DNA of 64,000 bases from the human T2T-CHM13v2.0 reference genome, Homo sapiens: assembly GCF_009914755.1 (NCBI RefSeq), contig NC_060926.1, one strand, 5' to 3'. Positions within the stretch are counted from its first letter, which is position 1, and each line of letters starts with the position of its first letter. The notes under the pieces were generated by a model. The model saw only the letters and a program-made list of their open reading frames with translations, did no database searches and was not told the origin of the DNA. Made by a program: the position numbers and the translations under genes. Below are positions 18,043 to 30,152 of this stretch, piece by piece.

Positions 18043-18299
18043 ATGGAGGAGAGAGGTAATCAGGACAGGCAAAGAAGAAACAGACAAGGTTAGTGTCCTA
18101 AAAGGTCTTATTATTTAAAGAAATAAAATAGATACATAAAACTAATAGCCAGTATCTCAAGCCTATATATTTTCTCGTAAAAGTCCAATTGATGATCAGA
18201 ATAGGATGCCACTCAAAGAAGAAGGCCACTGTAGTCTGCTTCACAGAACATGTTGGAAAATGAGCCAATTAGGAAAGAAAATAAACAGGACAAAGAAGG

Positions 18300-18530
18300 G
18301 TCAGTATGGTAAAGTAGGTAGAACATGGAGTTCCAAATCAGATTTGAAGCCAAGTTCTTCTCAGTAGTTGTGTGACTGTGTGACTTTGGTTAAGTTGTTC
18401 CATTGTTTTTAGCCACAATAGATTCCTGTAAAGTCAGGATGATAACTATCCCTTTGGTTTGGTATGAGGATTTAATGAAAAATAATGCATGTAAAATACT
18501 TAGCATCTGTCTTGGCATAATGTAGGCTTC
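18300..18530 (+). mobile_element. MIR
   Basis: MIR core (tgtgactttggttaagtt...tgtaaagtcaggatgataac...gaggatttaatgaaa...gtaaaatacttagca). Confidence 0.7.
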
Positions 18531-21029
18531 CATGTCTATTTGTTCTTCCTCATCCTTTCTTCAAGACAGGAATTATCATTGTTCTTCTGCCAATCAATTT
18601 TTAATTAAAACATATTTACTGATTCTTACTCTTTCAGTTGCTTGGGATTGAGTAATGAACAAACCATATTTCAGGAGTTCATATTCTAATATGAGTAATT
18701 ATATATGATTTCAGATGTAGGTAAGATTTATGAGATTGTTTAAAGTACGATAAAAAAGTGGTAGGAGAGTATAGCCAGGGAAATTTCACAGATAAGGTGA
18801 CATATGAGTGAAGGGAACTGGAGAAAAAAACTTCCAGCAACAGTAACATGTAAAAACACATTGATTAGATGGATGAGCTTCAAGTTTTGGTGGGATGAAC
18901 CAGTGGCCAGAGCTATGCAAACAACAGGGAAATATAGGATAAAGGCTGGTAAGAACATGATGACGCAGCTTATAAAGGTCCTTTTAAACCTCAGTGAAGG
19001 GTCTGGGTTAGTCTCAAAGCTCCTCCTCCATGCCAAAGAGCCAAGGAGAAGATGGTGAGGGAGGAAGCCGGTGGGTAGATAGATGGTGAGGACTCCGAGG
19101 GCCCTTCTTATGAATTTAAACAGTCTCATATCACTTCAAAAACCAGACACACTCTTCCCAAGCATCTCAGTACCCTTTTTCTTGCCTGACCAAATGTGAT
19201 CATTAGCAGATTCACATTTTTTTTCAACCAATTTCTTCCAGGCCATTGATCCATGTAGTCTGGTCCAGCCATGCTGAATTGTCATTCCAATGAATAAACT
19301 CCCTTTCATTGCCTTTCTGACTGTCCCTTGTGCAGTTTCCCTGGATGTTTCTTCCATTGGTTCCTAGTCATGCCTCTGTTACTGTTTTCATTATTTTAAA
19401 AATGGAGAGGATGTGTTTCTGCTGAAGTTGCCCAATCTAGTTTTCACTCTATTGGACTCTAAAGTGTGCTGTCTGGATTCAGGCAGATGGATGAGGCAGA
19501 AAAGCCACTGATTTGATTTTCTCTTTCAATTTTCAGATCTTTTACTGCTTGCCTGGCTTTGTTTTCTATTCTACAGAGCATCTAAATATGTGTTCTTGTT
19601 TTCTCTCCCTAGAGGTAATCCTTTTTATTGCTTTTACCTGTAACATTTGTCTTTAACGGCTTCTGCATATGTGTAGAGGATCAAAGATGTTCTGTTGCAT
19701 GCTTAGTTATCATGTCTGGGCATTAACTTAGTTATTTTCCTTTTGTACTGTGATTTTTTGGCTTATTTTTTTCAGTTCTTTCTTAGAAATTTCTTTAGAG
19801 TGTCACAGTATTTTTTTTTTAATAAACTTATTGGCCGCCAGAACTTTTAATGTATCAGATGGTATCCTATGGTTGGTATTTGGAAAGAGAAACACAACCT
19901 CAGAGAAGCTCAACATTCCTGCATGGGTTCTGTGCTTTACTGTTTTCAAATACCTAACAATCAATTAGCTGGTAAACACTCCCTAAAGCAAGTCTCCACC
20001 CAAGCCAAAAGAGAGCTAATCATCTCTCAGTGTGCACTAAATCTAAGATGCTTACTCAAATAAGTGTCTTCAGTAAATTTAACATTGTTTCTTAACTGTG
20101 GTTTCTCCCTTACTTCCCAGAAATCACAACAACCACAGTGATTTGAAATTATGTTGTATGTCTATGGTAGGGTCAGGATGCACACAAACTGTGTGATTAT
20201 GAAAGGACATCTTCCTGGCTAGATATCTGAAATATCTATATTAGTTTAATGTCATCCTTTATAATTTACTTCGTGTTTTTTTTTTTTTAGAACAGTTAGC
20301 TTCTGTTATTAGAGGAGTGAATTGAACCTCAGTTATACACACTTTTTTGAAACAATATGTGGAGTATTGATTTGGCTATTTGAAATTTTCATGCTTTAAT
20401 ATACTCTACAATGACATTAAAGTTGGCATCTATAGACAAGCACCATTTCTTTTTTATGTGTTTCCTTCCATTTTGACCCCAGATTTCAAATAAATATTTA
20501 AACATTTTAATAAAATACGTCATTATTCTGTAAGTAGTTCTAAAATTTGCTGGTTGAAGAGTAATACTGACACAATTATAGACATTATATATTGGCTTCA
20601 TATTTCATTTTGTTTAAATGCATATATTTTGATCAGTATACAAACGGTACAACCACAGTATAAAATTATGAGAAAGTGAGAAAAATGGAAACATGGTATC
20701 TTAATCATAATATCTTAATAGAAACAGTGGCTGCACTTCAGAACATACAGGTTTAGTTCCTAGAAACTTAGATACTTCCTACATGGCCAGCACTTGCTAG
20801 TTTGCTAGGTCCTGAGAATATTTAGAAGAAATAGAACAACAGCCTCTGAGTGCACAACGAGCCCCAGAGTAGGCAGCAACCTAAGAAAAGACCATTTTTA
20901 AAATAACTTGTCACACTTCAGTATTGCAAGATATCTAGGGGGACCCATACATGTACATGGAAAAGGGGCAGAAAAAAATTCTCAGGAAAGGTAAATCCTG
21001 TACTTTATCTTAAAGGATAAGATAGGTTG

Positions 21030-21337
21030 GGCCAGGTGTGGTGGCTTAGGCCTGTAATCCCAGCACTTTGGGAGGCGGAGGCGGGTGGATCACGAGGTCA
21101 GGAAATCGAGACCATCGTAGCTGACACGGTGAAACCCCGTCTCTACTAAAAATACAACAAATTAGCCGGGCTTGGTGGCGGGCGCCTGTGGTCCCAGCTA
21201 CTCGGGAGGCTTAGGCAGGAGAATGGCGTGAACCTGGGAGGCAGAGCTTGAAGTGAGCCGAGATCGCGCCACTGCACTCCAGCCTGGGAGACGAGCGAGA
21301 CTCCGTACCCGCCCCCACAAAAAAAAAAAAAAAAAAA
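21030..21337 (+). mobile_element. AluY
   Basis: CpG-rich dimer (gagaatggcgtgaacc, gatcgcgccactg); TSD gataagataggttg/gataagtgggttg. Confidence 0.94.
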
Positions 21338-21718
21338 GATAAGTGGGTTGAACAAAGAAGGAAGTCATTCCAGGGAAAAACGTAGCATAGATGAAGGTAT
21401 ATGCCAGAGCTTCATTTGAGGCACTATTTGTAATTCACTGTTGCAAGAATATAACTAAAGTGGTGAGATATGTAAGAAATTAAATTTTTGGTTAATTGTA
21501 TTCTAGTATGTGCATCATTATTTGATCAGTTTTAATCAAGGGATATCTATAGAAATTTATTCATTTTTATAAACATATATATGCACACATTTCTATATTA
21601 AATTTAATATTACATCATATGGTTACATTTTATTTAACAATTCTAAATTATTCTTATGGCTACTTCTTAAATTAATATCATTAATCACACATTTTTGTTT
21701 TTTTTTTTTTTGTAGCTT

Positions 21719-22102
21719 TGTCTTAGTCTCTTTTCTGTTGTTTATGATAGAATACCTGAAACTGGGTAATTTACAAAGAAAATGAATGCATTTTTTACAA
21801 TTACAGAGGCCGAGTAGTCCAACATGAAGGGGATGCCTCTAGTAAAAGCCTTCTTGCCAGTGGGGACTCCTCAGAGTCTTGAGGTGGGCCAGCAATTCCC
21901 CTCCTATGATAACCCATTGATTAGCCCATTAATTTCTTTAACCATGTATGGATCAATTTATTTATTCATGAATGGATTAATTCATTCATAAGGTCACAGC
22001 CCTTGTGATCTAATTACCTCCTAAAAGCCCCATTTCTCAACACTGCCCCACTGGGGACCAGGTTACAAGATGAGTTTTAGAGGGGATACTCAGGCCATAG
22101 CA
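21719..22102 (-). mobile_element. MST (MSTC/MSTD-like) MaLR LTR
   Basis: tgtcttagtc...gaatacctgaaactgggtaattta...ggccatagca; perfect TSD agctt. Confidence 0.85.
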
Positions 22103-23119
22103 AGCTTAGATGCTTAGATTATTCCTTTAGAGTGTGTTCCTAGACTTGCATATAGTCTATCAAAATATAAAGCAGCTTTATGACTCTTGATATATAGTAG
22201 AAATTACTTAATAAAATTGTTTTTTATTAATTTAACCCCCTACCTACAATGAAAGTTTGAATGCATATAGTTTCCAACACTCACTGCCAACACTGGGTGA
22301 CTTTTTTCTCCCTTAAGTTTTGCTAATTTATTCAGCAGAATATTTCTTAGTCTTTAGTATCATATCCTGTGGTACATTGAGAATTATACTTATGTCTTAA
22401 TGATGTTATGAGAATTTAAGTAATGAATGAAAATTGCTTAGCACACTGGCACGTATAAGCGTTCAATAAATTATAGCTATCATGTTATTATCTCTCCTAC
22501 TAATAAAGACTATCATGATCTATTTTTTTCTATCTTCCTGGATCTATTAATCACTTAATGAATACTTAATGCTCATGTTACAAAGCATTTTTATTTTATA
22601 CTAGTGATTGACCACCAGCACACAAAGCCTACAGCTATTACAGGGCAAAAAGTAATGTGATAATTCTACCTGTCTCAAAAAAATCAGTCCATGCAGACAA
22701 TATAGTTTTTAATACACTTAGTCAAATTCTTATGGTTCAAATTAAGAAAAAAAATAAATAAGGTAACCCAATGGACTCATTCAGTCCCAGGCAGGGAAAA
22801 TGAGTCTTAGCTCTACTTCTTGTACCCAAAAGCTTCTCTTGAATGTAGTAGAACCCATCCAAAAGTGAAAGTGTATTAGTATCTTAACTACAAGATGTGT
22901 TAAAGCAGAATAATGGAGAAAAAAGTGAGAATGAATGTGTACTTTCCAAATACAGAGGAACTGAACTCTAAGCAGTATTGTATAATCTGAATGTTGTACA
23001 AAACTGTGGAACTGCAATATAAAAACAAAATAAAAACAGCACACACACAAAAATACACTACGGTGTTCATTACACTCAGGCTGAATTTTGTTTACTTTTC
23101 CGAGTAGACGAATGTCTTT

Positions 23120-24020
23120 TTATAAAGTCAGGTTTATTCAAACATAGTTTATTATATATAGTAAAATTTACCTTTTTTAGCTGTAACTGTTAAAGTATTT
23201 GTCCATTTTACCTACATTATCAAATTTATAGAATATTGCTCATAATGTCCCTTTATAATTTTAATGTCAGTAAGAGCTAAAGTTATAGTCTTTTATTCTT
23301 AATATTGACAATTTGTGTCTTATCTTTTTCTGTGTTAATCAATCAGTCCAGAAATTTGTCCATTTTTCATTGATCTTTTTAGAGGACCAGTTTTGGTGTT
23401 AATGATTTTCTTGATTTAATATTTTTAATTTCCCTGATTTCTGTTCTTATCTTTATTATATCCTCACTTCTTATGGGCTTTGAGTTTCATTTGCTCTTCT
23501 TTTTCTAGTTTCTTAGGCTGACCCTCCAAAGATTCATCTGAAACACTTTTTTTTCAAATGCTATGTATTTTTTCTAACCATGACATTATCTCTATCACAT
23601 AAATATTTATATGTTGTGTTTTCACTTTAATTCAAAATGTTTCCTGATTTCCTTTTTTCTTCATTGACATAGAATTTATTCAGAAGTATGTTTTGAAATT
23701 TCTAAATATTCGAGGATCCTTTAAAACTATTTTCTGTTAATTTCTATTTTCATTCCATTGTGATCTGAATCCATATATTATGCAATTTCATTCTTATAAT
23801 TTTTTTGATAATTTTTGTGTCATATAATATCATCTATCTTGGTGAATAGTATATGGGCACTAGAAAATGTGTATTTTTCTGTCGTTGGGTTTTTGCTCTC
23901 TGACCTATAAATGCCAATTAGGTCAAATTAGTTGGTACTGTTGTTCAGGCCTTCTACTATCTAATTTTCACTGTACTCGTTCTATCAATTACTGAGACAT
24001 CTCTGACTACAGTTGAGGAT
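23120..24020 (-). mobile_element. Old L1M (MC/ME) fragment
   Basis: T-rich antisense ORF2-like text (tcttctttttctagtttctta, ttcattccattgtgatctga). Confidence 0.65.
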
Positions 24021-25486
24021 TTTAAACTAGTCGTTTTGAAAATACCATGTGTTATGGCACAGATACTTAATGTCTAATAAATTAGAATTTTTTTAATTAG
24101 TTTGAAGCTAGATAATTAACCAAAATGTGTCTGCTGAGGCTTAAATGTAATTTTGGCTGTAGTCAAAATAAAACATATCAGAGAGTTGTCATTGAGCAGT
24201 GCATAACAGCAACTCTGTACATGTCCATGCATGATGTAATCGAATATATATTTTGATATTTGGGGAGCTATCACTATTTAAGATGCTTTCTAAATATCAC
24301 TAACCAAAAGGCAAGAAACTAGAATTATTTTGGCGTTAAGAATCCAGGTAATGATTTTTAGAAAATTCCCATTTTAAGGCTCAATTGCATTGGCTATAAA
24401 AGGGGAAATGTTAGCCTAAATCAGATTTAAGAATCCTTCTGTGACCTCATTCTCATTATCATTTTGGGGCAAAATCAGCATGCTTATTTTATTCACAATT
24501 TGTTTAATATGTTTTTTAGAGGTACTGCTCCTACTTTTTCCCTATGGGTAAGCTGATAAATTCAGCCTCACTTTGTCATATGTAAGATGGTACAGTAACC
24601 ATAGCCCTACCTATATACTAGGTAATTGTAATAAATGGGAAAATGAATAGAAAATGTATTTGATGATAATAAAGAATTGTACACAACCAAGTTGATATTG
24701 TTATGATTATCAAATTAAAACACTGACAAGCAACTGAAAGTTGCTCTTTCCTCTGAACTACAAAAAGCACATCTGCACCAGAAACTTATCATACTTGTGC
24801 TATCACATTGTATAAGCCTTTGAATAACCTTTATTGTTTCTAACTCAACATTTCATGATCTTTCCTTCCCCAGGCAGCTAATTAAATCAGTGACTGAACT
24901 CTTCAATTCACAATAAGGCAATCAAGAATTTCTATTTCTTCTCAACTAGTTCCTGCACATAATTGCATATTTCCTTTTTTTCCCCTAGAATCTGAAAGAA
25001 ACAAGATCTAAAGGACTTAAATGGGTTGCTCTCAGAGCCATAAGACAAGCTTTTTTAAGATGTAGGCCAACAGGTATCAAAAATGACCTGGTCAATATAA
25101 CAGTGTGGCTTTTGATTAACCTACACCAATGATTCTAAATTTGTGCCGTCTACTTTAAAAAGAAACTTAACTTGTGAAGCATGATTTCTTATTTTTTTAT
25201 CCAGAGAGAACTGGTGGAGAGAAAATTAAGTTTGCTCATCTAAGTAAGTACCTCAGGGAACTATTCACCTATTAATGTATGGGAGAGTTTCAGCTTGTAA
25301 CTTACCCAATTTCATTAGCATTAATGGGAATTCTGTGTGAAATCCCGTGTGAATCATTGGTTTAGGAGATGTGTAAGTTTGTTGATTACTTTTATTTTGT
25401 AATGGCTCTATTCTCCAGCTCAAACTTTTAACACTTTAGGCTTGTAATAGAAGCTAAATGTTGGAAGGAGTCAAATTTGGACTTTT

Positions 25487-25961
25487 TTACAAATTATTAA
25501 AGTTCTGGGGTACATGTGCAGAACGTGCAGGTTTGTTACATAGGTATACACGTGCCACGGTGGTTTGCTGCACCCATCAACTCATGATCTGCATTAGGTA
25601 TTTATCCTAATGCTATCCCTCTCCTAGCCCCCCAACCCCTGACATGCCCCGGTGTGTGATATTCCCCTCCCTGTGTCCATGTGTTCTCATTGTTCAACTC
25701 CCACTTATGAGTGAGAACATGTGGTTTTGGTTTTCTGTTTTTGTGTTAGTTCGCTGAGAATTATAGTTTCCAGCTTCATCCATGTCCCTGCAAAGGACAT
25801 GAACTCATCATTTTTTATGGCTGCATTCCATGGTGTATATGTGCCACATTTTCTTTATCCAGTCTATCACTGATGGGCATTTGGGTTGGTTCCAAGTGTT
25901 TGCTATTGTGAACAGTGCCGCAATAAACATACATGTGCATTTGTCTTTATAGAATGATTTA
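25487..25961 (-). mobile_element. 5'-truncated L1PA (about PA7-8) 3' end
   Basis: Antisense L1PA 3'UTR; perfect 16-bp TSD tcaaatttggactttt (25471-86 and 25962-77). Confidence 0.94.
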
Positions 25962-26002
25962 TCAAATTTGGACTTTTGAAGGCAATTAAATCAGAACAGC
26001 AT

Positions 26003-27396
26003 TGAAAGGTGACAGCGTGCCGGCAGTCCTCACAGCCCTCGCTCGCTCTCAGCACCTCCTCTGCCTGGGCTCCCACTTTGGCGGCACTTGAGGAGCCCTT
26101 CAGCCCGCCGCTGCACTGTGGGAGCCCCTTTCTGGGCTGGCCAAGGCCGGAGCCGGCCCCCTCAGCTTGTGGGGAGGTGTGGAGTGAGAGGTGGTGGCGG
26201 GAACTGACGCTGTGCGCGGTGCTTGCGGGCCAGCGCGAGTTCCGGGTGAGCGTGGGCTGGGCAGGCCCCGCACAGGGAGCGCCCGCGGGCCCCGCCGGCC
26301 CCGGGCAGTGAGGGGCTTAGCACCTGGGCCAGCAGCTGCTGTGCTCAATTTCTCGCCGGGGCCTTAGCTGCCTTCCTGCGGGGCAGGGCTCCGGACCTGC
26401 AGCCTGCCATGCCTGAGCCTCACCCTCTCTGTGGGCTCCTGTGCGGCCGGAACCTCCCCTACGAGCGCCGCCCCCTCTTCCACGGCGCCCATTCCCATAG
26501 ACCACCCAAGGGCTGAGGAGTGGGGGCCCACCGCGCGGGACTGGCAGGCAGCTCCACCTGCGGCCCCAGTGCGGGATCCACTGGGTGAAGCCAGCTAGGC
26601 TCCTGAGTCTGGTGGGGGCGTGGAGAACCTTTATGTCTAGCTAAGGGATTGTAAATACACCCATCGGCACTCTGTATCTAGCTCAAGGTTTGTAAACACA
26701 CCAATCAGCACCCTGTGTCTAGCTCAGGGTTTGTGAATGCACCAATCCACACTCTGTATCTAGCTACTCTGGTGGGGACTTGGAGAACCTGTGTGTCCAC
26801 ACTCTGTATCTAGCTAATCTGGTGGGGACGTGGAGAACCTTTGAGTCTAGCTCAGGGATTGTAAATGCACCAATCAGCACCCTGTCAAAACAGACCACTA
26901 GACTCTACCAATCAGCAGGATGTGGGTGGGGTCAGATAAGAGAATAAAAGCAGGCTGCCCGAGCCAGCAGTGGCAACCCGCTGGGGTCCCCTTCCACACT
27001 GTGGAAGCTTTGTTCTTTAGCTCTTTGCAATGAATCTTGCTGCTGCTCACTTTTTGGGTCCACACTGCCTTTATGAGCTGTAACACTCACCGCTAAGGTC
27101 TGCAGCTTCACTCCTGAAGCCAGCCAGACCACGAACCCACGGGGAGGAAGGAACAACTCCAGATGCGCCCTCTTAAGAGATGCGCTGCCTTAAGAGCTGT
27201 AACACTCACAGCGAAGATCCGCAGCTTCACTCCTGAGCCAACGAACACACCAGAAGGAAGAAACTCTGAACACATCCGAACATCAGAAGGAACAAACTCC
27301 AGACGCACCACCTTAAGAGCTGTAACACTCACCGTGAGGGTCCACGGCTTCATTCCTGAAGTCAGTGAGACCAAGAACCCACCAATTCCGGACACA
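26003..27396 (+). mobile_element. LTR12C (ERV9) solo LTR
   Basis: tgaaaggtgacagcgtg...accaattccggacaca; CpG-rich U3; tandem CCAAT repeats (26701, 26742, 26870, 26908); GATA and AATAAAA at ~26935-26949; repeated gagctgtaacactcac; perfect 4-bp TSD gcat. Confidence 0.96.
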
Positions 27397-27559
27397 GCAT
27401 CACATATAATCATTCACCATTGTGAATTTTGACACGTTACAGGTTCCCTACCTGGATGTTCTACTGGCTTGCTGCCTTTTGTGCATGAAGACTCAAGTTT
27501 GAATTTTAAGCTTTCAACAATTATGTTATGTTCTACTAGTGTGTACTATGTTCTTATTT

Positions 27560-27790
27560 GATCCGCCCCCGCAGCTTTCTTAACACCTCTTATGACTGGG
27601 CTATGAATTTTGTACCCACTTAGATGTCCAGTCCTGGGAAATTTTGCAAATGGAAGGCAGAATTAGCGGGAGGTAGGGGGTGGGGGGTAGGCCATGGATG
27701 CGCATGCGCAGGTGTAAGTGCTAGCCCCTGCTAGGCCTTACCTTCCATCTCTCTCCTGTCAGGAGGAAAAGCACACACGTGAAGGAACCT
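27560..27790 (+). promoter_or_regulatory. Promoter-like segment at the 5' end of the MDM2 retrocopy (GC box, NRF1 palindrome, E-box)
   Basis: ccgccccc at 27563-70; TGCGCATGCGCA at 27699-27710; CACGTG at 27776-81 (a second at 28021-26). Motifs are seen; activity is not shown. Confidence 0.5.
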
Positions 27791-28915
27791 CAGCTAGATG
27801 ATCTCCCTCTCTGGCCTGTGCCGACATGTGTGACTGACAACACGATGGAGCAAGAAGTAAAGCCCGAGGGGTAACCTTAATCCCTCTGACCTGCGACCTA
27901 CTGCTTTCGCCCCCAGGAGCCTTTTTCTTCTCTGGGCCTACTGTAAGCGCCCCAGTGGCTGGAATGGAACGGTTTCCAGTCTGGAATGGTTGACACTAAT
28001 GGCCAAAGAGTAGGGGGTCCCACGTGCTTGGTTAAAAGGTGAAAGTAAATGCGGGAGTCTGGAAGGACTTCCTATAGGCACAAAATCTGCCCCCTCCCCC
28101 CCAACTTTGGGAAATATGGATTACCAACAGGTTTGTGTCAACTCAGTGTTTCAAGCACCTTGCAAGTTTCAGTTTGCGAAGAAAAGACTTTGGTGAGACC
28201 AAAGCCACTGCTTTTAAAATTGTTTAAAATTTTACAATTAGTACACAAAAGGGATTTATACTATGAATAAAGACTTCTTGGGCATTTATGGATCATAAGT
28301 TAAGAACTTCTGCACTAGAGATATATAGAGTACAGTACAGAATACAGTACACAGATCTTTCTGGGACAGAAGCTGTATTTTAGTTTGGTCAGTATCTTAT
28401 GGCTAAACTGTTATGTGAATGAGAAGCACCAGCATATTGTATAGTGTTCCAGTAATCTTCTAGGGGGTTGGTTTGGCATGCCAGCTTTCTCTGAAAGAGC
28501 ACAAGATATACAATGATCTATAGAAACTTGGTGTTAGTCATTCCACAGGAATCATTGGATTCAGGCACAGCTTGACGATAGAGTGATCAAAGGGACCCTG
28601 AGTAAGAGCTAAAGGAAGAGAAACCTTTGTCTTCAAATTGGACTTTTAGACCATGTAACTCATCTAGAATGAGAGCAATTAATCAGTGAGGCAAGGAATA
28701 CTAACATGATTAAGAACTTAGATCCAAGAACTTGTGACATGAACACAGAAATACTTACAGTATAGGTCATAGAAGTATTTTGGAAATTCAGAGAAAAAAA
28801 GAGATGACTTCTGACTAGATGAAAATTCAGATTAATTATCCAGCAAATGACAAAGTGCCACAATTCTGATGGTACTTCTCTTTCCTTTAATGAAAGGTTT
28901 GCTTTATGGGTAATA

Positions 28916-29359
28916 CAGGCTGAGTATTTCTTATTCTAAATGCTTGGGACCAGAAGTGTTTGGACAAGAAATGAATCCTGCCAGGCCAAGGCAGGCGGAT
29001 CACTTGAGGTCAGGAGTTCGAGACCAGTTTGGATAATATGGTGAAACCTCATCTCTACTTAAAAATAAAAATAGCTGTGCATGGTGGCACATGCCTGTAA
29101 TCTCAGGTACTTGGGAGGATGAGGCAGGAGAATGACTTGAACCCAGGAGGTGGAGGTTGCAGTGAGCTGAGATGGTGCACCATTGCACTCCAGCCTGGGC
29201 AACAGGGTGAGACACTATCTCGAAAAGGAAAAAAAAGAAATGTATCCTCCCCTTCTAGCCCATTTCTCCAATGAGCGTTTCCCTGAGTGTCATGGTGGTG
29301 CTCAAAAAATTTTGGATTTGGGAGCATTTCAGATTTTTGGGTTAGGGATATACAACCTG
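28916..29359 (+). mobile_element. Tigger4 (Zombi)-type DNA transposon inserted in the MDM2 retrocopy
   Basis: TIRs caggctgagtat / atatacaacctg; aaatgcttgggaccagaagtgttt; TA duplication; MDM2 homology resumes exactly (gtaaTA|agagaaatatgttgtgaa). Confidence 0.88.
28981..29237 (+). mobile_element. 5'-truncated AluS inside Tigger4
   Basis: Alu body plus A tail; TSD aagaaatgaatcct/aagaaatgtatcct. Confidence 0.92.
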
Positions 29360-29396
29360 TAAGAGAAATATGTTGTGAAAGCAGCAGTAGCAGTGA

Positions 29397-29591
<195 letters not shown>

Positions 29592-30062
29592 TAGACATGG
29601 GGAGAGTGGTACAGATTCATTTGATGAAGGTCCTAAAATTGCCTTAGCTGCCTTGGACATGTACTTTATTAAATGAAATTAATCCTCCTCTTCTAGGCCA
29701 TTTCAACAGATGTTGGGCCCTTTGTGAGAACTGACTTCCTGAAGACAAAGTGATAGAGGGAAAATAAGCTCAACCTGAGTAGAAGGGGCTTTGATGCTCC
29801 TGATTATAAAACCAAACAAAAAACCTATAGTGAATTACTCCAAAGAGTAATATGTTCATGTGTGGAGGAAAATGATGAGAGAACTCACATCAGCCTCCCA
29901 TTCCCAAGAGACCGAGCACTGTTGTCAGCCAGCAACTTCTAATAGCATCATTTAGAGCTGCCAAGAAAATGTCAAAGACCTTGAGTGGAAAGAAACAAAC
30001 AAGAAAGAAGAAAGTGTGAATCTAGTTTTCTCCTTAATGCCATTGAACTTTGTGTGCTTTAA

Positions 30063-30152
<90 letters not shown>

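Noticed and set aside
18740-19357. Overlapping 129-, 84- and 73-aa ORFs in partly unique sequence
   Set aside because: No recognisable protein in the frames I translated and no clear splice structure; partly L2-like. A BLASTX would settle it.
26600-27360. CRISPR-like or novel tandem repeat array
   Set aside because: These are the normal internal repeats of LTR12C.
26009-27432. GC-rich ORFs or a CpG-island gene
   Set aside because: All lie within LTR12C; chance ORFs in GC-rich LTR sequence.
27966-27976. A-MYB-like site (aacggtt) suggesting a pachytene piRNA promoter
   Set aside because: Single imperfect short motif; no support without ChIP or piRNA data.
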